Assembly (NCBI GenBank): GCA_040007855.1
Contig: JBDTUG010000001.1
Span: 4,102 to 68,101 of the forward strand
Length of the DNA stretch: 64,000 bases
Direction of reading: 5' to 3'
Origin: Caldimonas sp.
GTDB taxonomy: Bacteria > Pseudomonadota > Gammaproteobacteria > Burkholderiales > Burkholderiaceae_C
A program made the translations under genes and the position numbers. A model generated the notes under the pieces. The model was given only the letters and a program-made list of their open reading frames with translations. It did no database searches and had not been told where the DNA came from. Positions 49,846 through 60,119 of this stretch are shown here, piece after piece (within the stretch, counting starts at the first letter, position 1; each line of letters starts with the position of its first letter).

Positions 49846-50700
49846 TCAGGGCGTGCTCGACCCACCGGTGACGTCAACGAATTCGTACTTCTCGGTGTAG
49901 AGCAGTGATCGACGCAACTCGACCGGCCGTTCGTGGAAGGTGTGAGCGACGCGGACAATTTCCAGCAGCGGTGTCCCGCGCGCTATTCCGAGCTTCTTCG
50001 CCGTCTCGATGTCCGCCGAGACCGCGGTCAGCTGATCCACGGTCCTGACGATGCTGATACCGAAGCTGTCACGGTAGAGGTCGTAGATCGTGGCGTTGCG
50101 TCCGACGAACCGTGCCCTCGTGAGACCGGGGAAAATCGACTGCGGAATGTGCAGCCCGTCGAGCAGCATTGGGCTGCCGCCCATCAGCATCAGGTTGACG
50201 ATCCAGTAGATCGGCTCGCCCGCGCGGATCCCGAGGCGCTCGGCGGTTTGCGCGCTCGCAATCGTCTCCTCGAACCGCAAGGTCTGCACGATCGGGACTT
50301 CGCGCACGCCGTCCTTGCGCACGATGTGCCAGAACGAGTTCAGCATCCGCTTCGAATCGAACGGGGCCAGGAACGTGCCTCGGCCCTGCTGGCGCACCAG
50401 AACCTTCTCGGCCACCAGATCAGAGAGCGCTCGACGCACGGTGCCGACGCTGACCCCATAGCGCTCCGAGAGCTCCTTCTCGGTCGGCAGCGCCATGCCA
50501 GTCTTGACCTCTCCGCCGCTCAGCGCCCGTGTGACTTCGAGCTTGATGCTCTTGTAGAGCGGGAGCGAACCGTTGCCCATGTCCACGAGCACATCGCGGC
50601 GGCTCGCCGGCTTGGCCACCGGCCGTTTGTGGACCAACGTCTTGCGCGCTTTCGCGGGCAACGACAGGGAGGCAGAGGACCTTGCCTTGGCAACCCCCAT
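49846..50700 (-). CDS. GntR-family (HutC/UTRA) transcriptional regulator
   Basis: LPTEKELSERYGVSVGTVRRAL, RQQGRGTF, UTRA domain; start uncertain. Confidence 0.9.
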   Translation of the reverse strand: MGVAKARSSASLSLPAKARKTLVHKRPVAKPASRRDVLVDMGNGSLPLYKSIKLEVTRALSGGEVKTGMALPTEKELSERYGVSVGTVRRALSDLVAEKVLVRQQGRGTFLAPFDSKRMLNSFWHIVRKDGVREVPIVQTLRFEETIASAQTAERLGIRAGEPIYWIVNLMLMGGSPMLLDGLHIPQSIFPGLTRARFVGRNATIYDLYRDSFGISIVRTVDQLTAVSADIETAKKLGIARGTPLLEIVRVAHTFHERPVELRRSLLYTEKYEFVDVTGGSSTP

Positions 50701-50704
50701 CGCA

Positions 50705-51769
50705 TCAAGCCCCTGGCGTCGGAATGACACGTTCGGTCATCAGTCGACGCGTCTGCTCACGGAACATTGTTTCGGCGTCCGTCACCTCGTGCCAGCCCGC
50801 ACGACGAGCCTTCGCAAGACTCGAGATCTGGTCGAACGAATTCGAATAGGACCAGTCGGCGAACTCCCAGCTCACCATTTGGGAGAGCCTGTAGTCTCGG
50901 AGCAGGTACTTCTCGCGCATCATGGCCCAGAGGGATTCCTTGTCCGCCATCATCCGCGTCAGGTTGATCGTCTGGATCCGCGCCGGCTGCATTTCGAAGC
51001 AATCCGCCAGCACCGGCCAGATGTTCTCCCAGCGAGTCGGCTCACCGTTCGTCATGTTGAACGCCTGATTCTCGCAGGCGCTGGTCGTCGCGGCCCAGAC
51101 CATCGCGCGTGCGAGCAGGCGCGCATCGGTGAACTGGTACAGCGCGGCGAAGGCGCCGGCCGAACCGGGAAAGCGCAGCGGCAGGCCGATCTCCCGGGAG
51201 ATGCTCGCGTACAGGGACAACGCCATCAGATGGTTCATCGGGCTGCCGACCGAGAAGCCGCAGATGCAGTGCGGCCGCAAAGCCGACCAGGTCCAGCGCT
51301 TGCCGCGCTGGCGCGCCTCGAGCCAGTCCTGCTGGTCGTAGTAGAAGTTCGGCGGCATGTGGCGCGGATCGTCTTCCCGGGCCGGGGTTCGATAGGAACC
51401 GAGGTGGTTGCCGTACCACTTGCTGCCCTGCACCAGCTGCACGTGGGCCAGGCGCGGCGCCACCTTCTCCAGCGTGGTGACGAGGTTGGCGACCATCGCG
51501 AGATTCGGCGCCACCTCCTCCGCCGCTGTCGGCCGTGGCGCGTAGGCCGAAAAGAAGACGTGGGTCGCACGCCCGAACTCCTTCAGCTTGGCGCCGCAGT
51601 CCTCGGCGTCTAGCAGATCAATCCCAACGAAGCGTGCGCGCGTCTCGAAGTCGGGAGCCCGTCGCGACAGCGCAATGACCTCCCACTCGTCGCTCGAATC
51701 GAGATGCTCGACCAGCGCCCGGCCGACGATGCCGAGCGCCCCGGCGACGATGCAAACTTTCTTTTCCAT
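50705..51769 (-). CDS. PRISE-type (progesterone 5-beta-reductase/iridoid synthase-like) SDR
   Basis: GALGIVG, QGSKWYG, PNFYYDQQD, WTWSALRP, NQAFNMTNG. Confidence 0.85.
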   Translation of the reverse strand: MEKKVCIVAGALGIVGRALVEHLDSSDEWEVIALSRRAPDFETRARFVGIDLLDAEDCGAKLKEFGRATHVFFSAYAPRPTAAEEVAPNLAMVANLVTTLEKVAPRLAHVQLVQGSKWYGNHLGSYRTPAREDDPRHMPPNFYYDQQDWLEARQRGKRWTWSALRPHCICGFSVGSPMNHLMALSLYASISREIGLPLRFPGSAGAFAALYQFTDARLLARAMVWAATTSACENQAFNMTNGEPTRWENIWPVLADCFEMQPARIQTINLTRMMADKESLWAMMREKYLLRDYRLSQMVSWEFADWSYSNSFDQISSLAKARRAGWHEVTDAETMFREQTRRLMTERVIPTPGA

Positions 51770-51826
51770 GTCGTTAGCTCCCGCGGCTCGCGCCGCGATC
51801 GAAAGATCGTGGCAGTGGATCGCTTG

Positions 51827-52699
51827 TCAGCTGACCTTGAGCAGCTTCGCAGCGTTGCTCCAGAGGATCTTCTGCACGATCTCCGGGCGCCAGCCCATGC
51901 CGAGAAAGTCGCGGATCGACTCCTGGATGTCCTTCACCGGATACGCCGTCCCGAACAGCATCCGGTCCTCGAGAAAGAGGTTCGCACCTTTGACATAGCT
52001 GTCGGCGCAGATCATCCCGGCGGTCGATGCGTAAAGGTCCGGCGACACGTAGATGTTCGGACAGGCGAGCGCGACGACCACCATCTCGTCGGCATAAGGC
52101 CATGCTGCGTGCGAGACGATGATCTTCAGGTCCTTGTAGCGCTGTGCGACGCGTTGAATCGACACGGGCCGCGACCACGTGATGTCGTGGCCCGCGAGCG
52201 CCGAGAGCAGCCCCGACAGCGAGATCGACACCGGAAGGTCGAACTCGAGGGCGAGCTGGTAGACCGGTTCGAGCGAGGCGTCGTCCGACCAGCGCGGGAC
52301 CTTTCCCGAGCCCGGCTCGATCGAGATGCCCTTGATGTTGGGCGCCCGGGCGTATTCGCGGATCTCAGCGAGGCTCTCCGGGATCGCCTCCATGTCGACC
52401 CCGAGGAAGCCGAGAAAGCGGTTCTGGTGGGCGCCGACAACCTCGACGATCTCCTTGTTCGAGACGCCACCGAGGTTGCCGGCGCCCGAGGAGGCGCGGC
52501 CCATCGCGACGCCGTACTTGATGCCGGCCGAAGCCATCTCCTCGTACAGCATCTCAACCGACTCCAGCCAGGCCGACTGGGAGCCCTTGAACGTCACAAA
52601 ATGGCGCGGATAGTGCATCGCGGTGCGGAAGACCGATCCCTTGGTCCAGGCGGGAACCGGGGGCCGCAATCGCATGTCGATGATCGGGGGCAGCATCAC
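51827..52699 (-). CDS. Amidohydrolase_2 family protein
   Basis: IIDMRLRPP, IIVSHAAWP, NIYVSPD, RMLFGTAYP. Confidence 0.8.
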   Translation of the reverse strand: MMLPPIIDMRLRPPVPAWTKGSVFRTAMHYPRHFVTFKGSQSAWLESVEMLYEEMASAGIKYGVAMGRASSGAGNLGGVSNKEIVEVVGAHQNRFLGFLGVDMEAIPESLAEIREYARAPNIKGISIEPGSGKVPRWSDDASLEPVYQLALEFDLPVSISLSGLLSALAGHDITWSRPVSIQRVAQRYKDLKIIVSHAAWPYADEMVVVALACPNIYVSPDLYASTAGMICADSYVKGANLFLEDRMLFGTAYPVKDIQESIRDFLGMGWRPEIVQKILWSNAAKLLKVS

Positions 52700-52778
52700 T
52701 CTGATCTCCTGTTCAGGTCAACGAAAGGATCCGTCCGTGCTTCAAGGAAGGAAACCGACTGGTAAGAGAGGGTGGCAT

Positions 52779-53090
52779 TCATACCTCCTCGACCGGACCG
52801 ACGTAGCGGCCGATCTGGAACTGGCGGAACTTTGCGCTGTCCGCGTACGCGACTTGACGGGCAGGCGAACGCAAAGCGATCTCGAGGCTCGGGCGATCGT
52901 CAAAGTACATCGTGCTGATGAAGCAGACCGCAGGCTCGACCGCAGCGCCGCCTTCCGCCTCGACTCTCGAAAAAGTCATGCGGCGCAGAGCCGGAAACTG
53001 GTGGACCAGCGGAATGTGGACGTCCCGGTAGTGGCGCTCGAACGCCTCCGGATCGTCCGGCCGTCGATAGAAGGCTACGAACTGCCACAT
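52779..53090 (-). CDS. EthD family protein
   Basis: YRRPDDPEAFERHYRDVHIPL. Confidence 0.8.
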   Translation of the reverse strand: MWQFVAFYRRPDDPEAFERHYRDVHIPLVHQFPALRRMTFSRVEAEGGAAVEPAVCFISTMYFDDRPSLEIALRSPARQVAYADSAKFRQFQIGRYVGPVEEV

Positions 53091-53127
53091 AGTTCTCGCG
53101 CTCCCGCTCCTGTGGATCGACACTCCG

Positions 53128-53841
53128 TCATCCGCTAAGGGTCCAGCCGCCGTGGATGGCCAGGCTCGCACCGGTGATGAAGCGCGCCCCGTCTGACGCC
53201 AGGAACGCCACCGCGGGAGCAACATCTGGCGGCGCACCGAGCCTGCCGAGCGGCGTCGCCGCTACCACCTGCCGTGACGTCTCGTCGTCTGCCAGCCGGT
53301 CCCGGTTCAGATCGGTCGCGATCGTGCCCGGTGCCACGGCATTGACCCTGATCCCGTACCGCCCGAGGCTGACTGCGAGCGCCCGGGTCATCGTCTGAAT
53401 CGCGCCCTTGGACGCGCAATAAAGCGCTGTCTCCGGCTGCGCGTGCGTCGCATTGACCGACGACACATTGACGATCGAGCCGCCCTCGTTGCGCGCCACC
53501 ATCGCCTTCGCCGCCGCCTGGGCCGCGAAGAAGGCCCCGCGCACGTTGGTTCCGAAGATCTCATCGTAGTCGGCTTCGTCGAAATCGACGAAGGCACGCC
53601 GCCGCTGCACTGCCGCGTTATTGCCCAGGATGTCGAGCCGGCCGGTCCGGGCGACCAGGTCGCAGACATATTTGCCGATCGCGGCCGGGTCCCTCATGTC
53701 GCAAGCACGGACATCACCCTCCTGCGCGCGGTCGGTCACGTGGACGGAGGCCCCGGCGTGGCGCAGCTCCGCGGCAATCGCAGCGCCGATGCCGCGCGAG
53801 CCGCCGGTCACCCAGGCCACCTTGCCGGCAAGGTCACTCAT
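53128..53841 (-). CDS. Short-chain dehydrogenase/reductase
   Basis: TGGSRGIG, NNAA, YCASK. Confidence 0.9.
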   Translation of the reverse strand: MSDLAGKVAWVTGGSRGIGAAIAAELRHAGASVHVTDRAQEGDVRACDMRDPAAIGKYVCDLVARTGRLDILGNNAAVQRRRAFVDFDEADYDEIFGTNVRGAFFAAQAAAKAMVARNEGGSIVNVSSVNATHAQPETALYCASKGAIQTMTRALAVSLGRYGIRVNAVAPGTIATDLNRDRLADDETSRQVVAATPLGRLGAPPDVAPAVAFLASDGARFITGASLAIHGGWTLSG

Positions 53842-54587
53842 ACCGAGGCCGCCCGGCCGCCGTCCACGAGCAGCGTCGCGCCGGTGATGAAGCTCGCGCC
53901 CGGCGAGCCAAGGAAGATGACGGCCGATGCGACGTCGGTCGAGGCGCCGAGCTCGCGCAGCGGCGTACGCAAGCGCATCGCGTCTCGCTCCGCCGCCTGC
54001 GCCCAGCGGGTCGGCTCGAGCCGGGTATCGGCGATCGCGCCAGGCGCGACGTTGTTGACCCGAATGCCGTGCGGCGCCAGCGACAGCGCCATCGCGCGCG
54101 ACATGGCCTGGAGTGCGCCTTTCGACGTGCAGTAGGCGACCGTGTCGGCAAAGACCTTCTCGGCGTTGATCGAGCCGATATTGACGATGGATCCGCGGCG
54201 CCCAGCGGAGATCATCGAGCGCGCCGCGGCCTGTGCGCACAGGAACGCACCCTTGACATTGACGTCGAAGAGTCGGTCCCACACTTGCGGAGTGATCTCG
54301 AGCACGTCGTCGCGGCGCAGGATCCCGGCGCAATTGACCAGCGTGTCGATGCCGCCGAGGCGGTCGCACTCGGCGATCACGGCTTCGATCTCGATTGCGG
54401 ACGTCACGTCGCACGTGATCGTGCGAATCCCTGGGACCGCTTCCCAAGGCCGCTGGTCGGTCGCGACGACCTTCGCGCCAACGCGCGCGTAGGCGCCGGC
54501 TATGGCCGCGCCGATGCCGCCCGCCGCGCCAGTGACCCAGACCACGCGATGAGTGGAGGGGCGCATCCCGTCATCGTTGTCGCTCAT
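53838..54587 (-). CDS. Short-chain dehydrogenase/reductase
   Basis: TGAAGGIG, NCAG, YCTSK. Confidence 0.9.
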   Translation of the reverse strand: MSDNDDGMRPSTHRVVWVTGAAGGIGAAIAGAYARVGAKVVATDQRPWEAVPGIRTITCDVTSAIEIEAVIAECDRLGGIDTLVNCAGILRRDDVLEITPQVWDRLFDVNVKGAFLCAQAAARSMISAGRRGSIVNIGSINAEKVFADTVAYCTSKGALQAMSRAMALSLAPHGIRVNNVAPGAIADTRLEPTRWAQAAERDAMRLRTPLRELGASTDVASAVIFLGSPGASFITGATLLVDGGRAASV

Positions 54588-55267
54588 GCCGTGCTTCTTC
54601 GCACCTGGCGAGGCACGATCTCGATCTCCCGGACGATCGTGGCAGTTTCCAAACCGAGTCCGTCGGCTGTCGCGTCGCCCCACGCTACCTCGGCCCTTCG
54701 GTGGGCCGCCCGGGCATCCTTGAGCGATCCGTAGTAGGTCTGCACGACGACGTCGACTGCTCGGGGCATCGCGCCGCCGACCGAATCGACGAGGTATACG
54801 ATCGAGCACGCGGCCTGGCTGTCGCACAGCCGCGCATCGTTGAGCCAGCCTTCACGCTCGCGCGGAGCCACCGCGATGCGCCGGTTCGACAGGAAGAGCG
54901 CGAGCTTGAAGGCATTCGACACGGGGGTGCACGCCAACGGGCAGCGACGGGTCATCAGGAAGGTGCGTCGAGAGGCATCCAGCAGCCCCTTCTCGTCGGT
55001 CAGGATCGCGTCCCGGTAGTACGGGCTGCAGGCCACCCTGTCGAGCTCCGCCGCACTCTCGAATTCGACCTCGGCAAAGATGTCGAAGCCCGGGTCGCCG
55101 AGCACCGGCTCTTCGGCGCCGTCGAGCACCGCGTGATTCTGCACGTACGAGATCAGGCCTGGCAAGGCGGCGAACAGGCGCGCATGCTCGCCGCGCCATT
55201 GGCGCTGGGCCGCGGACCTCGACAGCCCCGGGGCACGCGGCGCAAGTCCGATCCGTACCAGGCTCAC
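54584..55267 (-). CDS. EthD-domain protein
   Basis: QWRGEHA.L...LPGL.SYVQNH, FDIFAEVEF, DEKGLLD; GTGA overlap. Confidence 0.7.
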   Translation of the reverse strand: MSLVRIGLAPRAPGLSRSAAQRQWRGEHARLFAALPGLISYVQNHAVLDGAEEPVLGDPGFDIFAEVEFESAAELDRVACSPYYRDAILTDEKGLLDASRRTFLMTRRCPLACTPVSNAFKLALFLSNRRIAVAPREREGWLNDARLCDSQAACSIVYLVDSVGGAMPRAVDVVVQTYYGSLKDARAAHRRAEVAWGDATADGLGLETATIVREIEIVPRQVRRSTA

Positions 55268-56139
55268 GACGGTGAACGGCTGACGAGGTGGAGGGTCTGC
55301 CAGCGGATCAGGCGGCGCTTGACCATCTGAAAGATCGCGGCCAACACAGCGCTGATCAGCACGAGCAAGAAGAGCGTCGCGAAGTAGCCTTTGGTGTTGA
55401 AGATTCCGGCGTCGCGCTGCAGGCGGACGCCAAAGCCATGCTCGCCGACGATCATCTCGCCCGACACCGTGCCCAGCATGCCGAAGATAAAGCCGAGCTC
55501 GAGCCCAATGAAGATCGAAGGCAGCGCCGACGGGACGATGAAGAGCCTGAACGTCTGCCACCGTGTCGCGCCCTGCAACCGCGCCAACAGCAGGTGGTCC
55601 TGGTCGACACTCTCGATGCCTGCCATCGTATTGGCGAAGACGACGAAGAACGTCAGGCTAGCCGCCATCATCACGTGGGAGAAGAGACCGATGCCGAACC
55701 ACATCACGAAGAGCGGCGCCAGAGCGACGCGCGGCAGGCTGTTCAGCGCGGTGAAGAATGGATTGAGCAGCTTGCGAAGATAGGCCACCTGCGACAGCAA
55801 GAAGGCCACGCCGACCCCGGCGATCGCCGCGCCCGTGAAGCCGAAGAAAACCGCGAGCAGCGTGTAGCGCGCATCGAGCGTCAGCAGGTCGCCCCGGATC
55901 CCGTCGATCAACGCTCCCCAGATCGCAGATGGATAGCTGAAAAAAAGCGGATTGAGCCGCCCGGTGACTCCGCCCCACTCCCAAGCGCCGATCATCACGC
56001 CGGCGAGCACGATCCACCCGGTGACCACCGCCCAGGGGCGATCAGCGAACGGCACGCGCCGCCGCGGCTGGTCCGGTGCTTCCGGCGCAGCGGTCGACTC
56101 AGCGACCGTAGCGGGAACGACTTCAACTCTGCTGCTCAT
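55264..56139 (-). CDS. ABC transporter permease (nitrate/sulfonate type)
   Basis: NSLPRVALAPLFVMWFGIG, ARLQGA, GEMI. Confidence 0.88.
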   Translation of the reverse strand: MSSRVEVVPATVAESTAAPEAPDQPRRRVPFADRPWAVVTGWIVLAGVMIGAWEWGGVTGRLNPLFFSYPSAIWGALIDGIRGDLLTLDARYTLLAVFFGFTGAAIAGVGVAFLLSQVAYLRKLLNPFFTALNSLPRVALAPLFVMWFGIGLFSHVMMAASLTFFVVFANTMAGIESVDQDHLLLARLQGATRWQTFRLFIVPSALPSIFIGLELGFIFGMLGTVSGEMIVGEHGFGVRLQRDAGIFNTKGYFATLFLLVLISAVLAAIFQMVKRRLIRWQTLHLVSRSPS

Positions 56140-56918
56140 ACGTGCACCTCGTCGCGCAAGACGTTCCAGACGCGCCGGAACAGCTCGTGGAAATGATCGG
56201 TTCCCTGCAGTTCGACAAGAGATCTGGGCCGCTCGAGATCGATCTCGAATTCGGCGCAGATCGCGCCAGGACGCTTCGAGAAGACCAGCACTCGATCGGC
56301 CAGCAGGATCGCCTCGGTCAGGTCGTGGGTGACGAAGATGACCGTCGACCTGACCCGCTCCCACAGTTCGAGGAACTGCTGCTGCAGGCTCAGGCGCGTC
56401 TGCGCGTCGAGCGCGGAGAATGGCTCGTCCATCAGCAGCGTGTGCGGGTCGACGACGAGGGTTCGCGCGACCGCCACACGCTGGCGCATTCCGTGCGACA
56501 GCTGCGACGGATACGCGTCGAGGTACTCGCCGAGACCGACCTCGGTGAGGATCTTCCGGCTCAGCGCTTCGCTCTCGGTCCGGGCGACACCGCGCACCTC
56601 GAGCGGCAACATCACGTTCTTCAGCGCGGTTCGCCATGGCAGCAGCGCGTCGCGCGCCAGCAGATAGCCCACATCGCTATCGCCGACGCGCGGGGCCTGC
56701 CCGTCGAGCGTCACGCCCCCCCGAGTCGGCTGGATCAGCCCAGCGACCATGTTCAGCACCGTCGTCTTGCCGCAGCCGCTCGGGCCGACCAGTGCGACGA
56801 ACTGCTCGCCTTCTATCCGAAGGCTGGTCGCGCGCAACACCTGCTTGCGCGCCTCACCCGGCCGATGGGAATCGAAGTAGTGCTCGACCTTGTCGAGCAC
56901 GATGGTCTTACCGCTCAT
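56136..56918 (-). CDS. ABC transporter ATP-binding protein (SsuB/TauB type)
   Basis: GPSGCGKT, LSHGMRQR, LMDEPFSALDAQTR. Confidence 0.92.
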   Translation of the reverse strand: MSGKTIVLDKVEHYFDSHRPGEARKQVLRATSLRIEGEQFVALVGPSGCGKTTVLNMVAGLIQPTRGGVTLDGQAPRVGDSDVGYLLARDALLPWRTALKNVMLPLEVRGVARTESEALSRKILTEVGLGEYLDAYPSQLSHGMRQRVAVARTLVVDPHTLLMDEPFSALDAQTRLSLQQQFLELWERVRSTVIFVTHDLTEAILLADRVLVFSKRPGAICAEFEIDLERPRSLVELQGTDHFHELFRRVWNVLRDEVHV

Positions 56919-57024
56919 TCCTGGCGTCTCCTTCGCCTCCGCGAATCAGTGTCGGGCGCTGCCTCGGCCTCCTTCATGACGCGGAAGTGCCTGTCGTCAC
57001 GTCGTCGCGGCGGCAGCCCCGCTC

Positions 57025-58101
57025 TCAGGGGACGAGCATCTCGCGCGCGGTCTCCCAAAGCAGGCCGTCGACGTCGGCGGGTTTGGGGATCCGCTTCATC
57101 GTCACATCCCAGTCACTCCAGGCCTTCAGCGCGCGCATGCTGCCGCGCGAATTCTCTTGTGGGATGTAGCGCTTCACGCGCTCGCGCAGCAGCCCTTCCG
57201 GATCCGACACGCCCGGGGGAGACGGCGCCTTCTCGCGCACGATCTTGACAACGGCCTCGAAGTTCTTAGGATCCTTGATCCAGTCGATTGCCTCATTGTT
57301 CGCCTTGGCGAAGCGACGGATCAGGTCGGCGTTCGCCTTGACGAAAGTCGACTGCGCGGCCCAGAGCAGCGAAGACCCACGCAGGGCGGCAATCTGCGCA
57401 GATGCCTTCGTCGACGGGTCGCGCAGGTCGCCGACGATGGTTCCGCCGGTCGCTGCCGCGGCGATGTCCATGCCGTCGCCGAAAAACATCGCGGCGTCGA
57501 GCGATCCGTTCTGCAGAGCGGCAATACCGGCGACCGGCGGACCATACGCGATCCAGTTCGCCTGCTTGTAATCTAGCCCGGCGGCGTCAAAGTTGGACTT
57601 CGCGAGGATGTCTGTGGTCGAGCCGAGCGCGTTGACGCCGATCTTCTTGCCGACCAGGTCCTTCATCACGGCCGGGTAGCCCTCGGCCTTGTGCGGTAGG
57701 GGCACGTCCTTGCCGACGACGAGCACGTAGTGGACCGTGTCGTTCATGAACGCGACGATCTTCAGGTCGAAGCCTTGACTGACCGGCACGTAGACGGTAT
57801 CTGGCGCCAACGAGATGAAGTCGAGGCCGCCCTGCAGTGACGCTGCGAGAGCGGCGGGTCCGGACGCGAATTGCGTCATCTTCGCCTCAAGGCAGTACTT
57901 CTTGAAGAGTCCCTGGTCAATCGCGGCCCAGGGAACCAGGTTCTGGATGATGCCCGCGTACTCCTGGACCTTGATCACGTCGATCTTGGCGCAGCTGGCA
58001 GGCGCTTGCGCTTTGGCGGTCGGCACCATGGCCAAGACCGCGACGCCGACTACGAGGCCGGCGCGTGTGAGCGCACTCGACGCACGTTGGAAAAGATTCA
58101 T
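57025..58101 (-). CDS. ABC transporter substrate-binding protein (NMT1/SsuA-like)
   Basis: Signal peptide; GLFKKY, SGPAALAA, DLVGKKIGV; AGGAG RBS. Confidence 0.85.
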   Translation of the reverse strand: MNLFQRASSALTRAGLVVGVAVLAMVPTAKAQAPASCAKIDVIKVQEYAGIIQNLVPWAAIDQGLFKKYCLEAKMTQFASGPAALAASLQGGLDFISLAPDTVYVPVSQGFDLKIVAFMNDTVHYVLVVGKDVPLPHKAEGYPAVMKDLVGKKIGVNALGSTTDILAKSNFDAAGLDYKQANWIAYGPPVAGIAALQNGSLDAAMFFGDGMDIAAAATGGTIVGDLRDPSTKASAQIAALRGSSLLWAAQSTFVKANADLIRRFAKANNEAIDWIKDPKNFEAVVKIVREKAPSPPGVSDPEGLLRERVKRYIPQENSRGSMRALKAWSDWDVTMKRIPKPADVDGLLWETAREMLVP

Positions 58102-58193
58102 CTGAGTCTCCTTTGTTGCAAGTGCGCGAGGAACGCGCGGTGGGTGCGGCTGGATTCGCCTCCCGTCTTCTCGAACCCTTTCCGTCGGGACGC

Positions 58194-58511
58194 TCAAGCT
58201 TCGCCCGGGGCGCTGCTGTAGATGCGCCTGCACACCACCGCGTAGCGATTGCTGACGCCCCGGGCGTTCGCCTCGGCCTGCGAGCGCGCACCGTCGGGGC
58301 TGCTACGCCAGGCGATCGTCGCCTCAATGTCGTCGCTTTCGATCAGCGCGATGTACCTGCGGCAGCCGGCCGGCCCCTCGAGTACCTCGTAACGGCGGAC
58401 GGCGGTGACACCCGTCGTGGCGTTCACCTCGTCGTAGTGCGGCCCGTGCATCCAGGCGTCGGCTTCCGCCGGGGCGTCATACATCACCACAACCGTGCCC
58501 TTCGTTCTCAT
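58194..58511 (-). CDS. Small hypothetical protein, probable dimeric alpha/beta barrel
   Basis: DAWMHGPHYDEV...GVTAVRRY; AGGAG RBS and ATGA overlap. Confidence 0.65.
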   Translation of the reverse strand: MRTKGTVVVMYDAPAEADAWMHGPHYDEVNATTGVTAVRRYEVLEGPAGCRRYIALIESDDIEATIAWRSSPDGARSQAEANARGVSNRYAVVCRRIYSSAPGEA

Positions 58512-60085
58512 CGCAGCTCTCCTTGGCCTATCGGGACCACCACCTGTGGAGGTGAATGGCGGGTTACCGAAACCCGGGTGCCCTTCTGCTCGAGCTCGAA
58601 GTGCTGGACGCCGGCCCGCCGGCCGATGGCCTCAATCAGGCGCGACAGGGGCCCGTCGGCAGGCGTCGAGACTTTCAGCACGCCGGCCGCGCGGATCTTG
58701 TCGACCTCGTCGCCCGGAAACATGAAGCGCAGCAGGCGCTCGTCGTCGCTCATATCGGGATAGGCCCTGCGCAGCCCAGGCAGTGCTGGCGCCAGCGGCT
58801 CCTGGTGCAACGGCACCTTGTGGGAGCCGTTCGCGACGATGCGGTCGAGAACGTCAGGATCGACCGGGGCCAGTAGCTTGCCGAAGTGCCCCAGCGCGTA
58901 CATCTTGACCTCGTCGGGGACCGAGCGGTAGCGCTCCCCGCCAACGACGTTCAGCATCGCCTGGACGGCGATGATCTGAGAAAACGGCGTCACCATGATC
59001 GGCCAGCCCAACTCTTCCCGAACGCGCGCGATTTCCTCGAGGATCTCGTCGAACCGGTTCTCGAGCCCAGAACGTTGCAACTGGTAGCGCCAGTTGGCGA
59101 GCATGCCTCCCGGCATCTGGTGGCGGTAGTGGAAGGCGTCGTACTCCATCGGGATACCGCGCGGAAAGTCCTCGCGTTCCGCGAGCTCTTCTAGATAGGC
59201 ACTCACCTGGTCTATGCAGTCGCTGCGGACCCGCGTACCGAAGCCGATGAGGCCCAGGTTCCTAACCGTGCTCTGGGTGGCCGGTTGGGCTGGTCCGTTG
59301 GCCAGCGGCGCGATCGACGCGTGCAGCTGGTCGACTCCGAGCTTGACCGCCTCCAGGTAGACCAGCGGTGCGAGTCCCGTATTGCAGTGGCTGTGAAGCT
59401 CGAGCGGGCACGAGCCCATCACCGCCTTCAGCGCGGGAACCAGCGTGCGAATCCGGTCCGGCGTCAGCAGCGCACCGGAGTCCTTGATCATGATCGCGTC
59501 GACGCCGCAGCGCGAGACCAGTTCGAGCGCTGCGCGCGCATACAACTCATCGGTATGGACCGGGCTCTCGCAGAAGACCAGTGCGCCGACGGAGTAGACG
59601 CCAAGTTTCTTGGCCTGGCGGATGCTGACCGCCATGTTGGCGACGTCGAGCAGCGAATCGAGGGTACCGACCACGCGAAATCCGTTCGCCGCGAGCCGCT
59701 CGATCCAGAGCTCCACGATGTCGTCGGGGACCAGGCCAAACCCGACCAAGCTCTTGCTTCGGCAGTATCCGCGCAGCGGTGTGCTTGCGAACTTTTTGCG
59801 GAAGAAGCGGGCCTTCTCCCAGGGATCTTCCCGCAGATAACGGGCGCAGACGTCGAACTGCACCGGCGCCATGAAGTCGATCTGGTCGAAACCGGCAATG
59901 TCCATCGTCTCCGCGATCGGGACCATCATCCCGGCGGTCATCCGTGTCGTCCACAGACATTGCTGCGCGTCACGCAGCGTCGTGTCAATGATACCGATCA
60001 TGTGGGGCAGCGCGGGCCGGGCGACACGCGTCTTGGCATCGGCTCCTTTCGGCAGCCGCTCCAAGTCGTTCCGCATCACGCCCAT
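58508..60085 (-). CDS. Pyruvate carboxylase B/oxaloacetate decarboxylase alpha/transcarboxylase 5S-like carboxyltransferase without biotin domain
   Basis: DTTLRDAQQ, EDPWE, IKDS, LHSH, HQMPGGM, MVTPFSQ. Confidence 0.88.
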   Translation of the reverse strand: MGVMRNDLERLPKGADAKTRVARPALPHMIGIIDTTLRDAQQCLWTTRMTAGMMVPIAETMDIAGFDQIDFMAPVQFDVCARYLREDPWEKARFFRKKFASTPLRGYCRSKSLVGFGLVPDDIVELWIERLAANGFRVVGTLDSLLDVANMAVSIRQAKKLGVYSVGALVFCESPVHTDELYARAALELVSRCGVDAIMIKDSGALLTPDRIRTLVPALKAVMGSCPLELHSHCNTGLAPLVYLEAVKLGVDQLHASIAPLANGPAQPATQSTVRNLGLIGFGTRVRSDCIDQVSAYLEELAEREDFPRGIPMEYDAFHYRHQMPGGMLANWRYQLQRSGLENRFDEILEEIARVREELGWPIMVTPFSQIIAVQAMLNVVGGERYRSVPDEVKMYALGHFGKLLAPVDPDVLDRIVANGSHKVPLHQEPLAPALPGLRRAYPDMSDDERLLRFMFPGDEVDKIRAAGVLKVSTPADGPLSRLIEAIGRRAGVQHFELEQKGTRVSVTRHSPPQVVVPIGQGELR

Positions 60086-60119
60086 GGCTTGGCCGCCCGC
60101 TTGTGATGCACGGGAGTCC

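Noticed and set aside
58508-60085. Na+-pumping oxaloacetate decarboxylase (oadA)
   Set aside because: No OadB/OadG membrane subunits in the cluster
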